Positions 1-8,941 of a stretch of 55,146 nucleotides of DNA are shown piece after piece. The notes beneath the pieces were generated by a model. That model was not told the DNA's origin. It did not search any database and saw nothing but the letters and a program-made list of their open reading frames with translations. The stretch spans positions 1-55,146 of the forward strand of contig JAJSAH010000018.1 of the NCBI GenBank assembly GCA_024274875.1, in the 5' to 3' direction. The position numbers and the translations under genes were made by a program. The DNA comes from an archaeon (GTDB lineage Archaea; Micrarchaeota; Micrarchaeia; CAILAH01). The first letter of the stretch is position 1. Each line of letters opens with the position of its first letter.

Positions 1-564
1 AGCAAGATTGCTTATCTGTGAAGCAGTTAATCCAGTTAATAATCCACCGTTGCCTATAAAGTATGTTGCAGATACATTTCCACCAACAGTCACATTATTC
101 TGGAATGTAAAGTCACCTACACCAAATGTGCCTGCAGTTACCTTAGACGCTGATACTGCAGAGATTTTTGCATCGGTCACGGCCCCATCTGCAATGTATT
201 GTGAGGTTATGTTCGAACCACCAAAAAACTGGAATGGTGCTCTCTCGTTTCCATTGAAGTCCTGATCAACGCCATTGACATATATCTCCATGTAATAAAC
301 ACTACCATACTCTAAGTTAAGGGGATTTGATACGTTCGATCCTAAGAGCACATCATACGTTCCGCTTGATATCGCACCAATCAAATCAGCAGTTGAATTC
401 CATATAAGCGTGCCCCCTGTCGCACTGTCCCATATCTCAACAACAAGATCACCACTGTTTAATGGCTGATTGTTATCATAGACATTGCCCTGTAATGCCA
501 CCAGATCGGCATTAACAAAAGATATGCAAGATAAGAATAGCATTAAAGCCAATACTTTTTTCAT
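1..564 (-). CDS. Secreted surface/adhesin-like protein (5' part; runs off the left edge, missing from the ORF track)
   Basis: Manual translation: MKKVLALMLFLSCISFVNA|DLVALQGNVYDNNQPLNSGDLVVEIWDSATGGTLIW...ITSQYIADGAVTDAKIS...; open to base 1; GGGGGAG SD upstream; signal peptide. Confidence 0.8.
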   Translation of the reverse strand, partial: MKKVLALMLFLSCISFVNADLVALQGNVYDNNQPLNSGDLVVEIWDSATGGTLIWNSTADLIGAISSGTYDVLLGSNVSNPLNLEYGSVYYMEIYVNGVDQDFNGNERAPFQFFGGSNITSQYIADGAVTDAKISAVSASKVTAGTFGVGDFTFQNNVTVGGNVSATYFIGNGGLLTGLTASQISNLA

Positions 565-604
565 AATATCTCCCCCAACTATATCGATCGAAAATATTAT
601 AAAT

Positions 605-1165
605 TTATACCTGAGAAATAAGCCATTGATTCATCAAATATTCGTTTTGCGCGCGGCTATGGATAGATAATTTATGAACTGCTAATCCAGCATAATTTTT
701 TACCACATCTAGTTCTGAGTTTTCAGAAAGCAGTACTAACGATTGAATAAATGATAATTTGTACAACCCCCACACTGCTGCGATCCCAACCCCATCTTTT
801 CGCGTTTTCATTGCAATATCATACAACCGTATACCTTCACCAACTTCTGCAAGAAACCCAATTACTGTTCTCGCATCATCTATTCTTACCTTATCAAAAT
901 CTGATGCGCGCACATCTAAATCATCAATCAGTATTTTTCGTATTTGATTGGTTAGCAATTCTGCATCATCAACAAGATGCATTTTCAGCTTGAATGAATC
1001 AATCAACCTTACGCAAGATAAAAGTTTAAGCCTCCTGTTGCTTGATATGATGTTTGCTATGTGCTCATCCTGAATGAACTTGTCAAAATCAACATACACT
1101 ATATTCTTCCTTCTCTCCTTCTTCTTATCATATATGCGCCTCAAATGCATCGCTTCTCTTTGCAT
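605..1165 (-). CDS. Hypothetical protein with a helical-repeat-like C-terminus
   Basis: Long ORF; probable start MQREAM at 1165; C-terminal VVKNYAGLAVHKL resembles the repeats in 16320-17147. Confidence 0.6.
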   Translation of the reverse strand: MQREAMHLRRIYDKKKERRKNIVYVDFDKFIQDEHIANIISSNRRLKLLSCVRLIDSFKLKMHLVDDAELLTNQIRKILIDDLDVRASDFDKVRIDDARTVIGFLAEVGEGIRLYDIAMKTRKDGVGIAAVWGLYKLSFIQSLVLLSENSELDVVKNYAGLAVHKLSIHSRAQNEYLMNQWLISQV

Positions 1166-1202
1166 AATACCACTCCAAATAATATATGAAAAAAATAATA
1201 AA

Positions 1203-1547
1203 TCATTGGAATGTCTCTTCATTCACATCAATATTCAGCTCGTCTTCTGAAAACAGGCTTTCGAGATCATCAAGCTCATTAATCGCATCCTGTAATTCAG
1301 AGCTCTCAGGAACCTGTTCTTCAAGCGCGCTGAGGTCATCGCTTACATTATCAGCACCGAACATGTCCTCATCTATCTGAAGATCTGATGATGCAATTTC
1401 ATCCAATTCTCCTGTCTCGTTTAGTTCCTGCTCAAGCAGTTCAAGTTCATTCATCTCTCCAATACTTTCGCTAGTTGACGGGCCTAAAGACACGCAACCA
1501 AGAAATAATGCGAAGAGCATTATTGCCACCAGTATTTTGCAATCCAT
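1203..1547 (-). CDS. Small acidic lipoprotein
   Basis: Hydrophobic leader ending in lipobox LFLGC; very Asp/Glu-rich mature part; AGGTGA SD. Confidence 0.7.
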   Translation of the reverse strand: MDCKILVAIMLFALFLGCVSLGPSTSESIGEMNELELLEQELNETGELDEIASSDLQIDEDMFGADNVSDDLSALEEQVPESSELQDAINELDDLESLFSEDELNIDVNEETFQ

Positions 1548-1560
1548 TTACCAATCACCT

Positions 1561-2595
1561 CTACTCTTCAGTTTCATCCGCAGGCTCGTTCTCACTCTCT
1601 GTTTCGTTCTCCTCTTCTGGCTCAAGTTCAGAGTCGGTAGGATTTCCTTGTTGGAGCACATTTCTGAACGCTTCTCTCACATCTTTTATTGCATCTACCA
1701 GATCTTGTCTAACATCTCTTATAAGCTTATGGCCCTCTCTGAACAACTTGTCAGCATCCTTTACATCTTCTATGCTGCTGAATATATCCTTTGCTTCTTC
1801 ATAATCTGCCCGCGCTTGCGCAACCTTCTCCTCTGCTCTGCTCAAAGCCTCTCTTATTTCGCTTACATCATATCCTTTTTCTTCAAGCGCATCTGCTCTC
1901 TCTTCCAGCTTATCAAGAACCATCTCAAACTTATCCAACACATTTTCCATCTTAGCGGCCAGCAGCATTCCTGCATGCTTCTTAACCGCTGCTCTCGATT
2001 CCATCCACTTCTCCCTAATCTCTCTGGCAATTTCCCTGAGATCGCTCATTGATTCAGCTGATTCAACTTCAGATTTCATGTCTTCCAAATCATTTATGTT
2101 ATCTTCCAGTTCTTCAATAATCTCCGCCTTGTCCTCATCGCTCAATGAATCCTGGTTAGAAATCCTATCCTCAAGAACCTGTATATGCGAAATCATAAGG
2201 TCGATGCTCTTATCTATAAAGAGTTTCGCGCGCTCGAACCTCACTTCCGAAGCATTGTTTCTCATCTCTTTAGCGACCATCCATTCTTCTCTAACCTGTT
2301 TATACTCCCTTTTCACTTCTCTGTAATGTTCTGTTGCATTGCGAACTCTTTCTCTAAATCTTTCCCTAACCTGCTCCCATCTTTCTCTGGGACTCATTTC
2401 ATCATTGTTGCTTGCATTGCTATCATCCACCTCTGCATATGCCTCACCATTCATCTCTCCCGCAATTGCAGTTTCAGCAACCTCACTCCCATGGCTCTTT
2501 CCAGCCATATCCGAGCCTGCCATTCCAACGGCAAACGCCACGCCAGACAACAGCCCTACCATCACAAGAGCTGCAAACATTTTATACACATTCAT
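1561..2595 (-). CDS. Secreted long helical/coiled-coil protein
   Basis: Signal peptide (MNVYKMFAALVMVGLLSGVAFA), heptad-rich E/K/R body, acidic tail; GGTGA SD before ATG 2595. Confidence 0.75.
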   Translation of the reverse strand: MNVYKMFAALVMVGLLSGVAFAVGMAGSDMAGKSHGSEVAETAIAGEMNGEAYAEVDDSNASNNDEMSPRERWEQVRERFRERVRNATEHYREVKREYKQVREEWMVAKEMRNNASEVRFERAKLFIDKSIDLMISHIQVLEDRISNQDSLSDEDKAEIIEELEDNINDLEDMKSEVESAESMSDLREIAREIREKWMESRAAVKKHAGMLLAAKMENVLDKFEMVLDKLEERADALEEKGYDVSEIREALSRAEEKVAQARADYEEAKDIFSSIEDVKDADKLFREGHKLIRDVRQDLVDAIKDVREAFRNVLQQGNPTDSELEPEEENETESENEPADETEE

Positions 2596-2657
2596 GGTAT
2601 CACCAAACAACTTGCATGGAAACTATATATAATTATATCTGGAAACTTTGGAAACTA

Positions 2658-3410
2658 TTATTCTCCCTTAAAATATTCCCCGAGATACAGCTTGATTACT
2701 CTGCCGTACCTTTCTCTCCTTACTAAATATCTTGCCTCCATTCTTCCAAGCAATTTGCTCAAATGTGATTTGTTAAGATTAAGCTTAACTGCAACATCTC
2801 TCTGCCTTATACCTGGCGTTTCAAAAATTGCACGCAGCACATCTTTTTCATACTCGCTTAATCCTGCAATCTGCTTCTCAAAAATTTCCTTTGCAATTCT
2901 AAAATGAACATAACGCCTATGAATAAAATAAATAACTGCCAAAAAAATGATCAAAGCAAACATAATGAGTTGAAAATCATATTCGTCATGAGTATTTACT
3001 GAATATTTTACTGCGTATATGCTGCTGTTTTCATGCCATCGTATAGGGTTGACTGATGAATATGTTTCAGGATATGCATTGATCAAGGTGCTGTTATCTG
3101 GGAGATATACTTTAAATTCCGTTATATCAAACCCTGGATTGTAGAATGTGAATTCCCTTACATTACCTTTATTGAGAGAAGGTCTTGTGAGTTTAATTAT
3201 GTAAAATGATTGATTATTGCCATGCAAAATCAGCATTCCATCTTGAACTTCATATTCAATATCTCCTTGGTCTGAGATTGCATAATCTACTTCTCCATCA
3301 ATCATAGGAATTTGAACGATTGATTCATTCGTTTTGAGAACATAAACTGTGCTTACATCACCATCAAGATATGCCGTAAGAGATGCAACTAAAAGAAGAA
3401 GATGAAGCAT
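2658..3410 (-). CDS. Membrane-anchored winged-helix transcriptional regulator (COG2512-like)
   Basis: Signal peptide, extracellular beta-rich domain, TM helix (LIMFALIIFLAVIYFI), C-terminal wHTH (LSEYEKDVLRAI...QRDVAVKLNLNKSHLSKLLGRME...VRRERYGR). Confidence 0.75.
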   Translation of the reverse strand: MLHLLLLVASLTAYLDGDVSTVYVLKTNESIVQIPMIDGEVDYAISDQGDIEYEVQDGMLILHGNNQSFYIIKLTRPSLNKGNVREFTFYNPGFDITEFKVYLPDNSTLINAYPETYSSVNPIRWHENSSIYAVKYSVNTHDEYDFQLIMFALIIFLAVIYFIHRRYVHFRIAKEIFEKQIAGLSEYEKDVLRAIFETPGIRQRDVAVKLNLNKSHLSKLLGRMEARYLVRRERYGRVIKLYLGEYFKGE

Positions 3411-3439
3411 AAAGCATATTCTATTTTAAAATATATAAA

Positions 3440-4111
3440 TCAACGCCTGCGCATACTGGCAACCTTGCGCATTAATGCATCTTTTTTCATTATGCGATGT
3501 TCTAATTTTTTAGCAACTTCTTGGGAGATCACCGAAACATTCCTTGCATTAACTGGCCTGAAATCTATGCATTTTACGCTCATTGTTGGCACTATCGAAG
3601 CGTACAATGAGACAAGAGCAATCGAGGCAGCAGCTACCAATGCAGATGCTTTTCTCACGGTATTCCTTAAAAATTGCGAAACCCTGCGCCTGCGATGCTC
3701 AGCAAACACTCTGTTGGCATTTTCAAGCGCAATCTTAAGCTCCCGCTCCTTTCTAACAACTGGAAACATGCTCAATCCCATTCTTGAAGCAATCTTCCTA
3801 AGGTTCTTGTACTCCACATCCTTGCCAGAGACAATAAGGCTGACTATCTTATGAGCTAGCTTATGGGAACCTTTGCTTCCTACATGGCCTTTCAAACATT
3901 CCCTAAGTATCGTTTGAATTCCAACATAAGAAATCCATTCATTCGTATAATTCTGCGGAGCAAAATTGTTAATGTTTCCATTCTCAGAAATAAAATTGCT
4001 TTTTATGAATCCTAAAAAGAACTGAGTATTCGCAAAACTAACCTTAATCCTGCTATCACCCGCATGCCATAAGCGCTGCGTTCTGGCATAGAACATATCT
4101 TCAGCTACCAT
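3440..4111 (-). CDS. Hypothetical basic protein with one hydrophobic segment
   Basis: 223-aa ORF with GGAG SD; TM-like ASALVAAASIALVSLYASIV. Confidence 0.5.
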   Translation of the reverse strand: MVAEDMFYARTQRLWHAGDSRIKVSFANTQFFLGFIKSNFISENGNINNFAPQNYTNEWISYVGIQTILRECLKGHVGSKGSHKLAHKIVSLIVSGKDVEYKNLRKIASRMGLSMFPVVRKERELKIALENANRVFAEHRRRRVSQFLRNTVRKASALVAAASIALVSLYASIVPTMSVKCIDFRPVNARNVSVISQEVAKKLEHRIMKKDALMRKVASMRRR

Positions 4112-4173
4112 AACTCCACTTATTAAATTATATACAAAAGAAGTTTATATATTTTTCTATGCCTTAAAAAAGC

Positions 4174-5100
4174 ATGAAAATCGTTGTAGGACACAAGAAT
4201 CCGGATACAGATACAATCTGCTCCAGCATAGTTATGGCATACTTTATGGATGCAAAACCTGGCAGGCAGGGCGAACTCAATCCTGAAACAAAATATGTGC
4301 TTGAGAAATTTGGTGTTCCGGAACCAGAACTGATAACTTCTGCGGAAGGGCATGAGATTATAATGGTTGATCATACAGAAGAATCTCAGGCGCTGGACGA
4401 CTTTGATAAAGGCGAGGTGATCACAATAATTGATCACCATAAAAACGGCATGATTACAAGCAAGCCAATAATACATTTGACTAAACCAGTTGGTGCGACC
4501 GCTACAATCATTGCTGAACTGTATTTCAACAATAGTTTAGGGTTCATAGGCGCAAAGAATAAAGAGTTAACTCCGAAGATGGCAGGGTTGCTTTTATCTG
4601 CAATTCTCTCAGATACAGTGCTGTTTAACTCGCCTACTACAACTGAACAAGATAGAGTTATGGCATACAAATTGGCAGATGCAGCAGGAATTGATGATAT
4701 AGAAGCGTTTGGGAAAGAGCTCCTTAAAGCAAAATCGACGATAGTTAAAGAAAGCCCCGAGAAAATCGTACAGTACGATTTTAAGGAATTCAACATGAAC
4801 GGAAACAAAATAGGCATTGGGCAAGTTGAGGTTGTTGATGCTGCCGACCTCGAACAAAAAGAAAAAGAAATTGTTGATATACTTAAGAGAAAGGTTGTTG
4901 ATGAAAATTACAGGATGATAGTTTTTGCGATTACAGATGTGCTCAAAAAAGGAAGCAAGGTATTGGTTTTAGGGAATTCTGAGGATTTTGAGAAAGCGTT
5001 TAATATAAAATTGGAGAACGGGGCAGCATTCATGGAAGGCGTAATGTCTAGAAAGAAGCAGCTTGTCCCTCCTTTGGAAGAATTTTACAAAAATGCTTAA
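4174..5100 (+). CDS. ppaC: Manganese-dependent inorganic pyrophosphatase (family II, DHH/DHHA2)
   Basis: GHKNPDTD, MVDH, IIDHH, AILSDT and SRKKQ motifs. Confidence 0.95.
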   Translation: MKIVVGHKNPDTDTICSSIVMAYFMDAKPGRQGELNPETKYVLEKFGVPEPELITSAEGHEIIMVDHTEESQALDDFDKGEVITIIDHHKNGMITSKPIIHLTKPVGATATIIAELYFNNSLGFIGAKNKELTPKMAGLLLSAILSDTVLFNSPTTTEQDRVMAYKLADAAGIDDIEAFGKELLKAKSTIVKESPEKIVQYDFKEFNMNGNKIGIGQVEVVDAADLEQKEKEIVDILKRKVVDENYRMIVFAITDVLKKGSKVLVLGNSEDFEKAFNIKLENGAAFMEGVMSRKKQLVPPLEEFYKNA

Positions 5101-5104
5101 TTTT

Positions 5105-5725
5105 TTATCTTAATTCTTTGAAGAATAGCTTCCATGCTAATAAATGCTCATTTGTTGTTCCAAGAGCAATCATCTGCTGAACATCTATTCCTCGTATAGA
5201 TAGCAAAGGATATGGAGGTATCTCGCTAAGCATATACCATCCTAAATATTCGTGTATGTATTGCGAATGTAAATTTTGGGTCAGGATTTCAGCATACACG
5301 CAAGAGATGCCTTCAAGGCTGCACAAAAAAGTGCTTTGATCAACCATTCGCGAGTATATTCCTATATGCCTTGCAGAATCATCAATGCAGGTCTGCAACA
5401 AGTATGCAGAATCGCTTCGTATGCCAACATCATAATCAGACAATTCATACTGCATGCTTACTCCAAACGCATCCTCAAATGTTGCGTATTTTAGCATTAT
5501 CAAATAGCCTAATAGATGCTGCGGATCTCCGAATACGCCTACGGACAACCTATCTTTCAGGGCGTGCATAATCACATCTTCATTGTATAGGGTGCATATT
5601 GCCCCTTTTTCATCAACTTCAGAATGCTTAAGATTAGTGAAAAAATACTTTGACGCGAGCCTACGCACCTTCTTAACATGTTCATCTGTTGGTTTTAGTG
5701 CGCTTAAAACAACACCCCCAGGCAT
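5105..5725 (-). CDS. GNAT-family N-acetyltransferase
   Basis: Motif A-like QTCIDDSARHIGIYSRM; motif B-like NLHSQYIHEYLGW. Confidence 0.6.
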   Translation of the reverse strand: MPGGVVLSALKPTDEHVKKVRRLASKYFFTNLKHSEVDEKGAICTLYNEDVIMHALKDRLSVGVFGDPQHLLGYLIMLKYATFEDAFGVSMQYELSDYDVGIRSDSAYLLQTCIDDSARHIGIYSRMVDQSTFLCSLEGISCVYAEILTQNLHSQYIHEYLGWYMLSEIPPYPLLSIRGIDVQQMIALGTTNEHLLAWKLFFKELR

Positions 5726-5787
5726 GGAATTTCTTTAACTGCATTTATTTAATAAATATTTTCTAATCATAACCTATAGGTGGTTAA

Positions 5788-5943
5788 ATGGTGCTAGTAG
5801 AATATGAGGAATTTAAGGGAAACAAGCTAATCGTGCTGAAACGAGATGAAAATGACCGATTTCCGTTTAAGTTTGGGAAGCGGAAGGCAAAAATGATTGT
5901 CGATAATATTGAGGCAATAAAAAAGTTTGCTGAGGAAGAGTAA
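5788..5943 (+). CDS. Small 51-aa protein (below the ORF-track cutoff), directly upstream of Ku
   Basis: AGGTGGT SD; MVLVEYEEFKGNKLIVLKRDENDRFPFKFGKRKAKMIVDNIEAIKKFAEEE*; stop 3 nt before the Ku ATG. Confidence 0.8.
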   Translation: MVLVEYEEFKGNKLIVLKRDENDRFPFKFGKRKAKMIVDNIEAIKKFAEEE

Positions 5944-5946
5944 TGC

Positions 5947-6702
5947 ATGAGAGCGTTATGGACCGGAAATATCCGGTTTGGAATGGTGAGCATGCCTGTT
6001 AAAATGTACAGCGCAAGCAGAGAAAAACTGGCAAAACTGAAACTTTTATGCAAAAAACATCATACGCCTGTGCATCATAAAAATGTGTGTGATAAGGGGC
6101 ATGAGCTTAAAAATAATGAAATAATGCATGGCATTGCATACGGAAAATCAGTTGTTGGAATTCCAGATGAAGATTTGAAACGGATTATGCCATTCAATGA
6201 AAAATTAATCTCAATAATTTCATTCACCGAACCGTATGAGATAGATGAGTTATATGAATACAAGAAATACTACTTAGTTCCTTTTAAAAGGACGCGCGAG
6301 TTTGCAGTATTAAAAAAAGCTATGGAAAAAAGCGGATTGGTTGCGCTGGGAAAGATGATATATAGAAATGCAGAGAGATATGTGATTCTGAAACCATACA
6401 AAAGAATTTTGATGATGATTTCATTGCATTATCCTGCTGAAATTAATCAGATTAAATTGATTGCGCCAAGAATCTCTTCAAAAGCAAGGCCTGAGGAGAT
6501 CGAATTAGCAATGGAGCTGATTGAGCGCATGAAATCAAACTTTGATCCATCAATTATGAACGATGAATTCTGCGATGCATTGGTTACATATGCAAAACTC
6601 AAGAAAAATGGCAAGAAGATAGGTATGCGCAAAATTAGCCCACCTGTTGCAAGAGGCGGGTTTATAGAGTTGTTGAAGAAGAGTTTAGGAATGGTTAAAT
6701 GA
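5947..6702 (+). CDS. ku: Non-homologous end-joining protein Ku (prokaryotic type)
   Basis: Hallmark N-terminus MRALWTGNIRFGMVSMPVKMYSA; YYLVP, ELAMELIE..FDP and ELLKKSL motifs. Confidence 0.9.
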   Translation: MRALWTGNIRFGMVSMPVKMYSASREKLAKLKLLCKKHHTPVHHKNVCDKGHELKNNEIMHGIAYGKSVVGIPDEDLKRIMPFNEKLISIISFTEPYEIDELYEYKKYYLVPFKRTREFAVLKKAMEKSGLVALGKMIYRNAERYVILKPYKRILMMISLHYPAEINQIKLIAPRISSKARPEEIELAMELIERMKSNFDPSIMNDEFCDALVTYAKLKKNGKKIGMRKISPPVARGGFIELLKKSLGMVK

Positions 6703-7923
6703 GGTTTTTTCATTTTTGCAATAGGCTATGAAATTCTGAATTATTTGCGCGGATGCGCTTATGGCGTTAGGTATTAAAACTGATGCCTGTTTGTAGCACT
6801 CATCATCACTTAGTTTCCCTTTTCTTCTCTCATGCTGTCCTGTGCCATGCGCATCAACGCTTCTAAAAAATTGCGTCTTCGTTGCTATGCGTTCAACAAA
6901 CTCTTCAAGTTTTTCATCTATGTTTTGCGGATTCCAAGAAGCATCGGCAAATGGTGGATTTAGAGGACCGCTGTCCCAAATCGTAATGTTCATCTTCCCC
7001 TTGCCTCGTTTTAAATGATTGTAATCACTCTTCATTGTCCATTGTTCAAGCGAATCAAGTTTTCCCAACAATACTGTCGGTCCATGTATATCATTGTGCA
7101 CATGCGCAGGCACATGCAAATCAGAAATAAGATGCACTATATGCCCCAACGCATAGTATGCCCTGCTCTTTTTGCCGTTTGCATAAAATCTATAAGCGAG
7201 TTTCCAGTAATCCTTTATGCGCTGCAAAGCGCTCTGAAATTTTATTTCTCCAGATGCAACATTTAATCCTTGGTCATTCTTATCGCGAGTAGGATCATAA
7301 AAATGCGCCATATATGGCCTATTTATTGCATCATCTTCAATTGAACCTGTAATTCTCCTCCATATCCTAGCAGTTACGGTGAATAATCCCTGCAAAAAAC
7401 TGGGGACCTCCATTTCATCGCGCGGAACAATTAATGCAGCATATTCATCTCTGCTTCTGAATGCTCTTTTTGGGGCTTTTGCATACAAATCTTCAAGCGA
7501 TTCGCCGGGCTTGAATACGTAATCTTCGCAACATGCGCCTAACATTATATTTCCGGTATACTCAGTCACTTCTGCATCATTTATCAGTTTTGCCGCTTCA
7601 TATGCAATATATTCATGGCAAGCGCCTTTATTGTTAAGCATTTCGCGGACAAGCATTTGCGCTTCATTAAAATCCATTCTAACCTCATCCCATTCAGCAA
7701 TTTTTCTGCCAGGAGTGCCGCGGGAAGGGAGTTTTCCTGTATTAAAATGCATAACTTGGTTTTTTGAATCATTGGAATAATGCAAATACGATGCAAGCGT
7801 GCAAGCATAAGCGTATGCAGGTTGCATGCATAAGTTTTCAGGAGGCATAAAATATTGCGAAAATAATTCGCGCGCGCGTTCTCGCATTTTTCTAAATGCT
7901 CTCTTCAATTTACCGCGTTTCAT
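6685..7923 (-). CDS. Zinc-dependent phospholipase C / S1-P1 nuclease superfamily protein
   Basis: WDE...CHEYIA, GACCED, HFYDP, YYALGHIVHLISDLHVPAHVHN and DSLE match the Zn-ligand series of PLC/alpha-toxin-like folds. Confidence 0.75.
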   Translation of the reverse strand: MKRGKLKRAFRKMRERARELFSQYFMPPENLCMQPAYAYACTLASYLHYSNDSKNQVMHFNTGKLPSRGTPGRKIAEWDEVRMDFNEAQMLVREMLNNKGACHEYIAYEAAKLINDAEVTEYTGNIMLGACCEDYVFKPGESLEDLYAKAPKRAFRSRDEYAALIVPRDEMEVPSFLQGLFTVTARIWRRITGSIEDDAINRPYMAHFYDPTRDKNDQGLNVASGEIKFQSALQRIKDYWKLAYRFYANGKKSRAYYALGHIVHLISDLHVPAHVHNDIHGPTVLLGKLDSLEQWTMKSDYNHLKRGKGKMNITIWDSGPLNPPFADASWNPQNIDEKLEEFVERIATKTQFFRSVDAHGTGQHERRKGKLSDDECYKQASVLIPNAISASAQIIQNFIAYCKNEKTSFNHS

Positions 7924-7949
7924 GCTATGAATAGGACTTATAGCAATAT

Positions 7950-8747
7950 TTAAACATTGCCCTGTTGCTTAAGTTCCCTAATAGCGCTTACCAGGTGCTT
8001 TACTCTTGCTCCTGAAACCTCCGCTCCGTAATATTCGCAACCATCAACATTCATCACACATTTAGTTGATATGTCAAGTGCAAGAAATGCAGGAGATACA
8101 TCTGTCAAGTTTTCCAGATTGTTGTCCTTAACAAAGAGCATGAATTTCTGCTTATCTGTAATAAGCATCAAATCATATTTTTTATTTCTTGCAGAGATGC
8201 TTATTTTTTTCATCTTTGCGTTTTCGTTGAACATGCTTTTCAGCGAAGTCCTCCAATTAGCGTTGATTGCACGGACATCAGCATCAAGCAAGCCCGCAGG
8301 CCTTGTTTCAGTTTGTTTTTGTTCTGCAGGTTCGGTGATTATGAACGAACTTGCAACAGGCACAATCCTAAATACATGCCTATCATTAATCACTATGTCA
8401 TAGGTAGCGACTTTTGCATACGCATTTGAATCCTCTATATTCTCATCAAGGTCAAATACTAACAAATGCTTGCTTCCTTTCACATCTGCAATTATCTGGT
8501 ATGGCATCTCGCAATCTCTCTGCCTCAACAGCAAATATTTAGGCATACTCGATTTATCTCTAAATAGCAAATATGCCTTAATACTTAAATCATTAAGCGA
8601 TTTTTCATTATGGAGGGGGACATTGGAAAGCTCTGCGCGAACTCCCTTAAAACCTCTTAATGGCTCTAAGAGAGGCGCAAGCGCCTTTGCAATTCTTTTC
8701 CGCTTTTTCTCTTTTTTTGGAGATTTCTCAATTTCCAACCTATTCAA
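7950..8747 (-). CDS. Hypothetical protein
   Basis: 265-aa ORF, TTG start with AGGTGGT SD; basic N-terminus. Confidence 0.6.
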   Translation of the reverse strand: MNRLEIEKSPKKEKKRKRIAKALAPLLEPLRGFKGVRAELSNVPLHNEKSLNDLSIKAYLLFRDKSSMPKYLLLRQRDCEMPYQIIADVKGSKHLLVFDLDENIEDSNAYAKVATYDIVINDRHVFRIVPVASSFIITEPAEQKQTETRPAGLLDADVRAINANWRTSLKSMFNENAKMKKISISARNKKYDLMLITDKQKFMLFVKDNNLENLTDVSPAFLALDISTKCVMNVDGCEYYGAEVSGARVKHLVSAIRELKQQGNV

Positions 8748-8816
8748 CTTTTACCACCTATTATTTATTACGAATTGCTCATATAAAAATGTTTCGTAAA
8801 AATGAGGGGATATAAA

Positions 8817-8873
8817 TTAGATCCAATAGGGTTTTTTTACACTCTTCTTGAATAAAGGTTCATCTCCAAACAT
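8817..8873 (-). CDS. Putative 18-aa small ORF
   Basis: TTTAAATA box, GGTG SD, then MFGDEPLFKKSVKKPYWI* in an otherwise empty 190-bp gap. Confidence 0.3.
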   Translation of the reverse strand: MFGDEPLFKKSVKKPYWI

Positions 8874-8941
8874 AGCACCACAATTAGATATTGCTTATTT
8901 AAAATATGGGTATTTCGCAACCAGTTTTCCAACAATTCCAG

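Noticed and set aside
5105-8747. Ku region read as a provirus or integrated element
   Set aside because: No integrase, terminase, capsid, replication gene or att repeats were seen.
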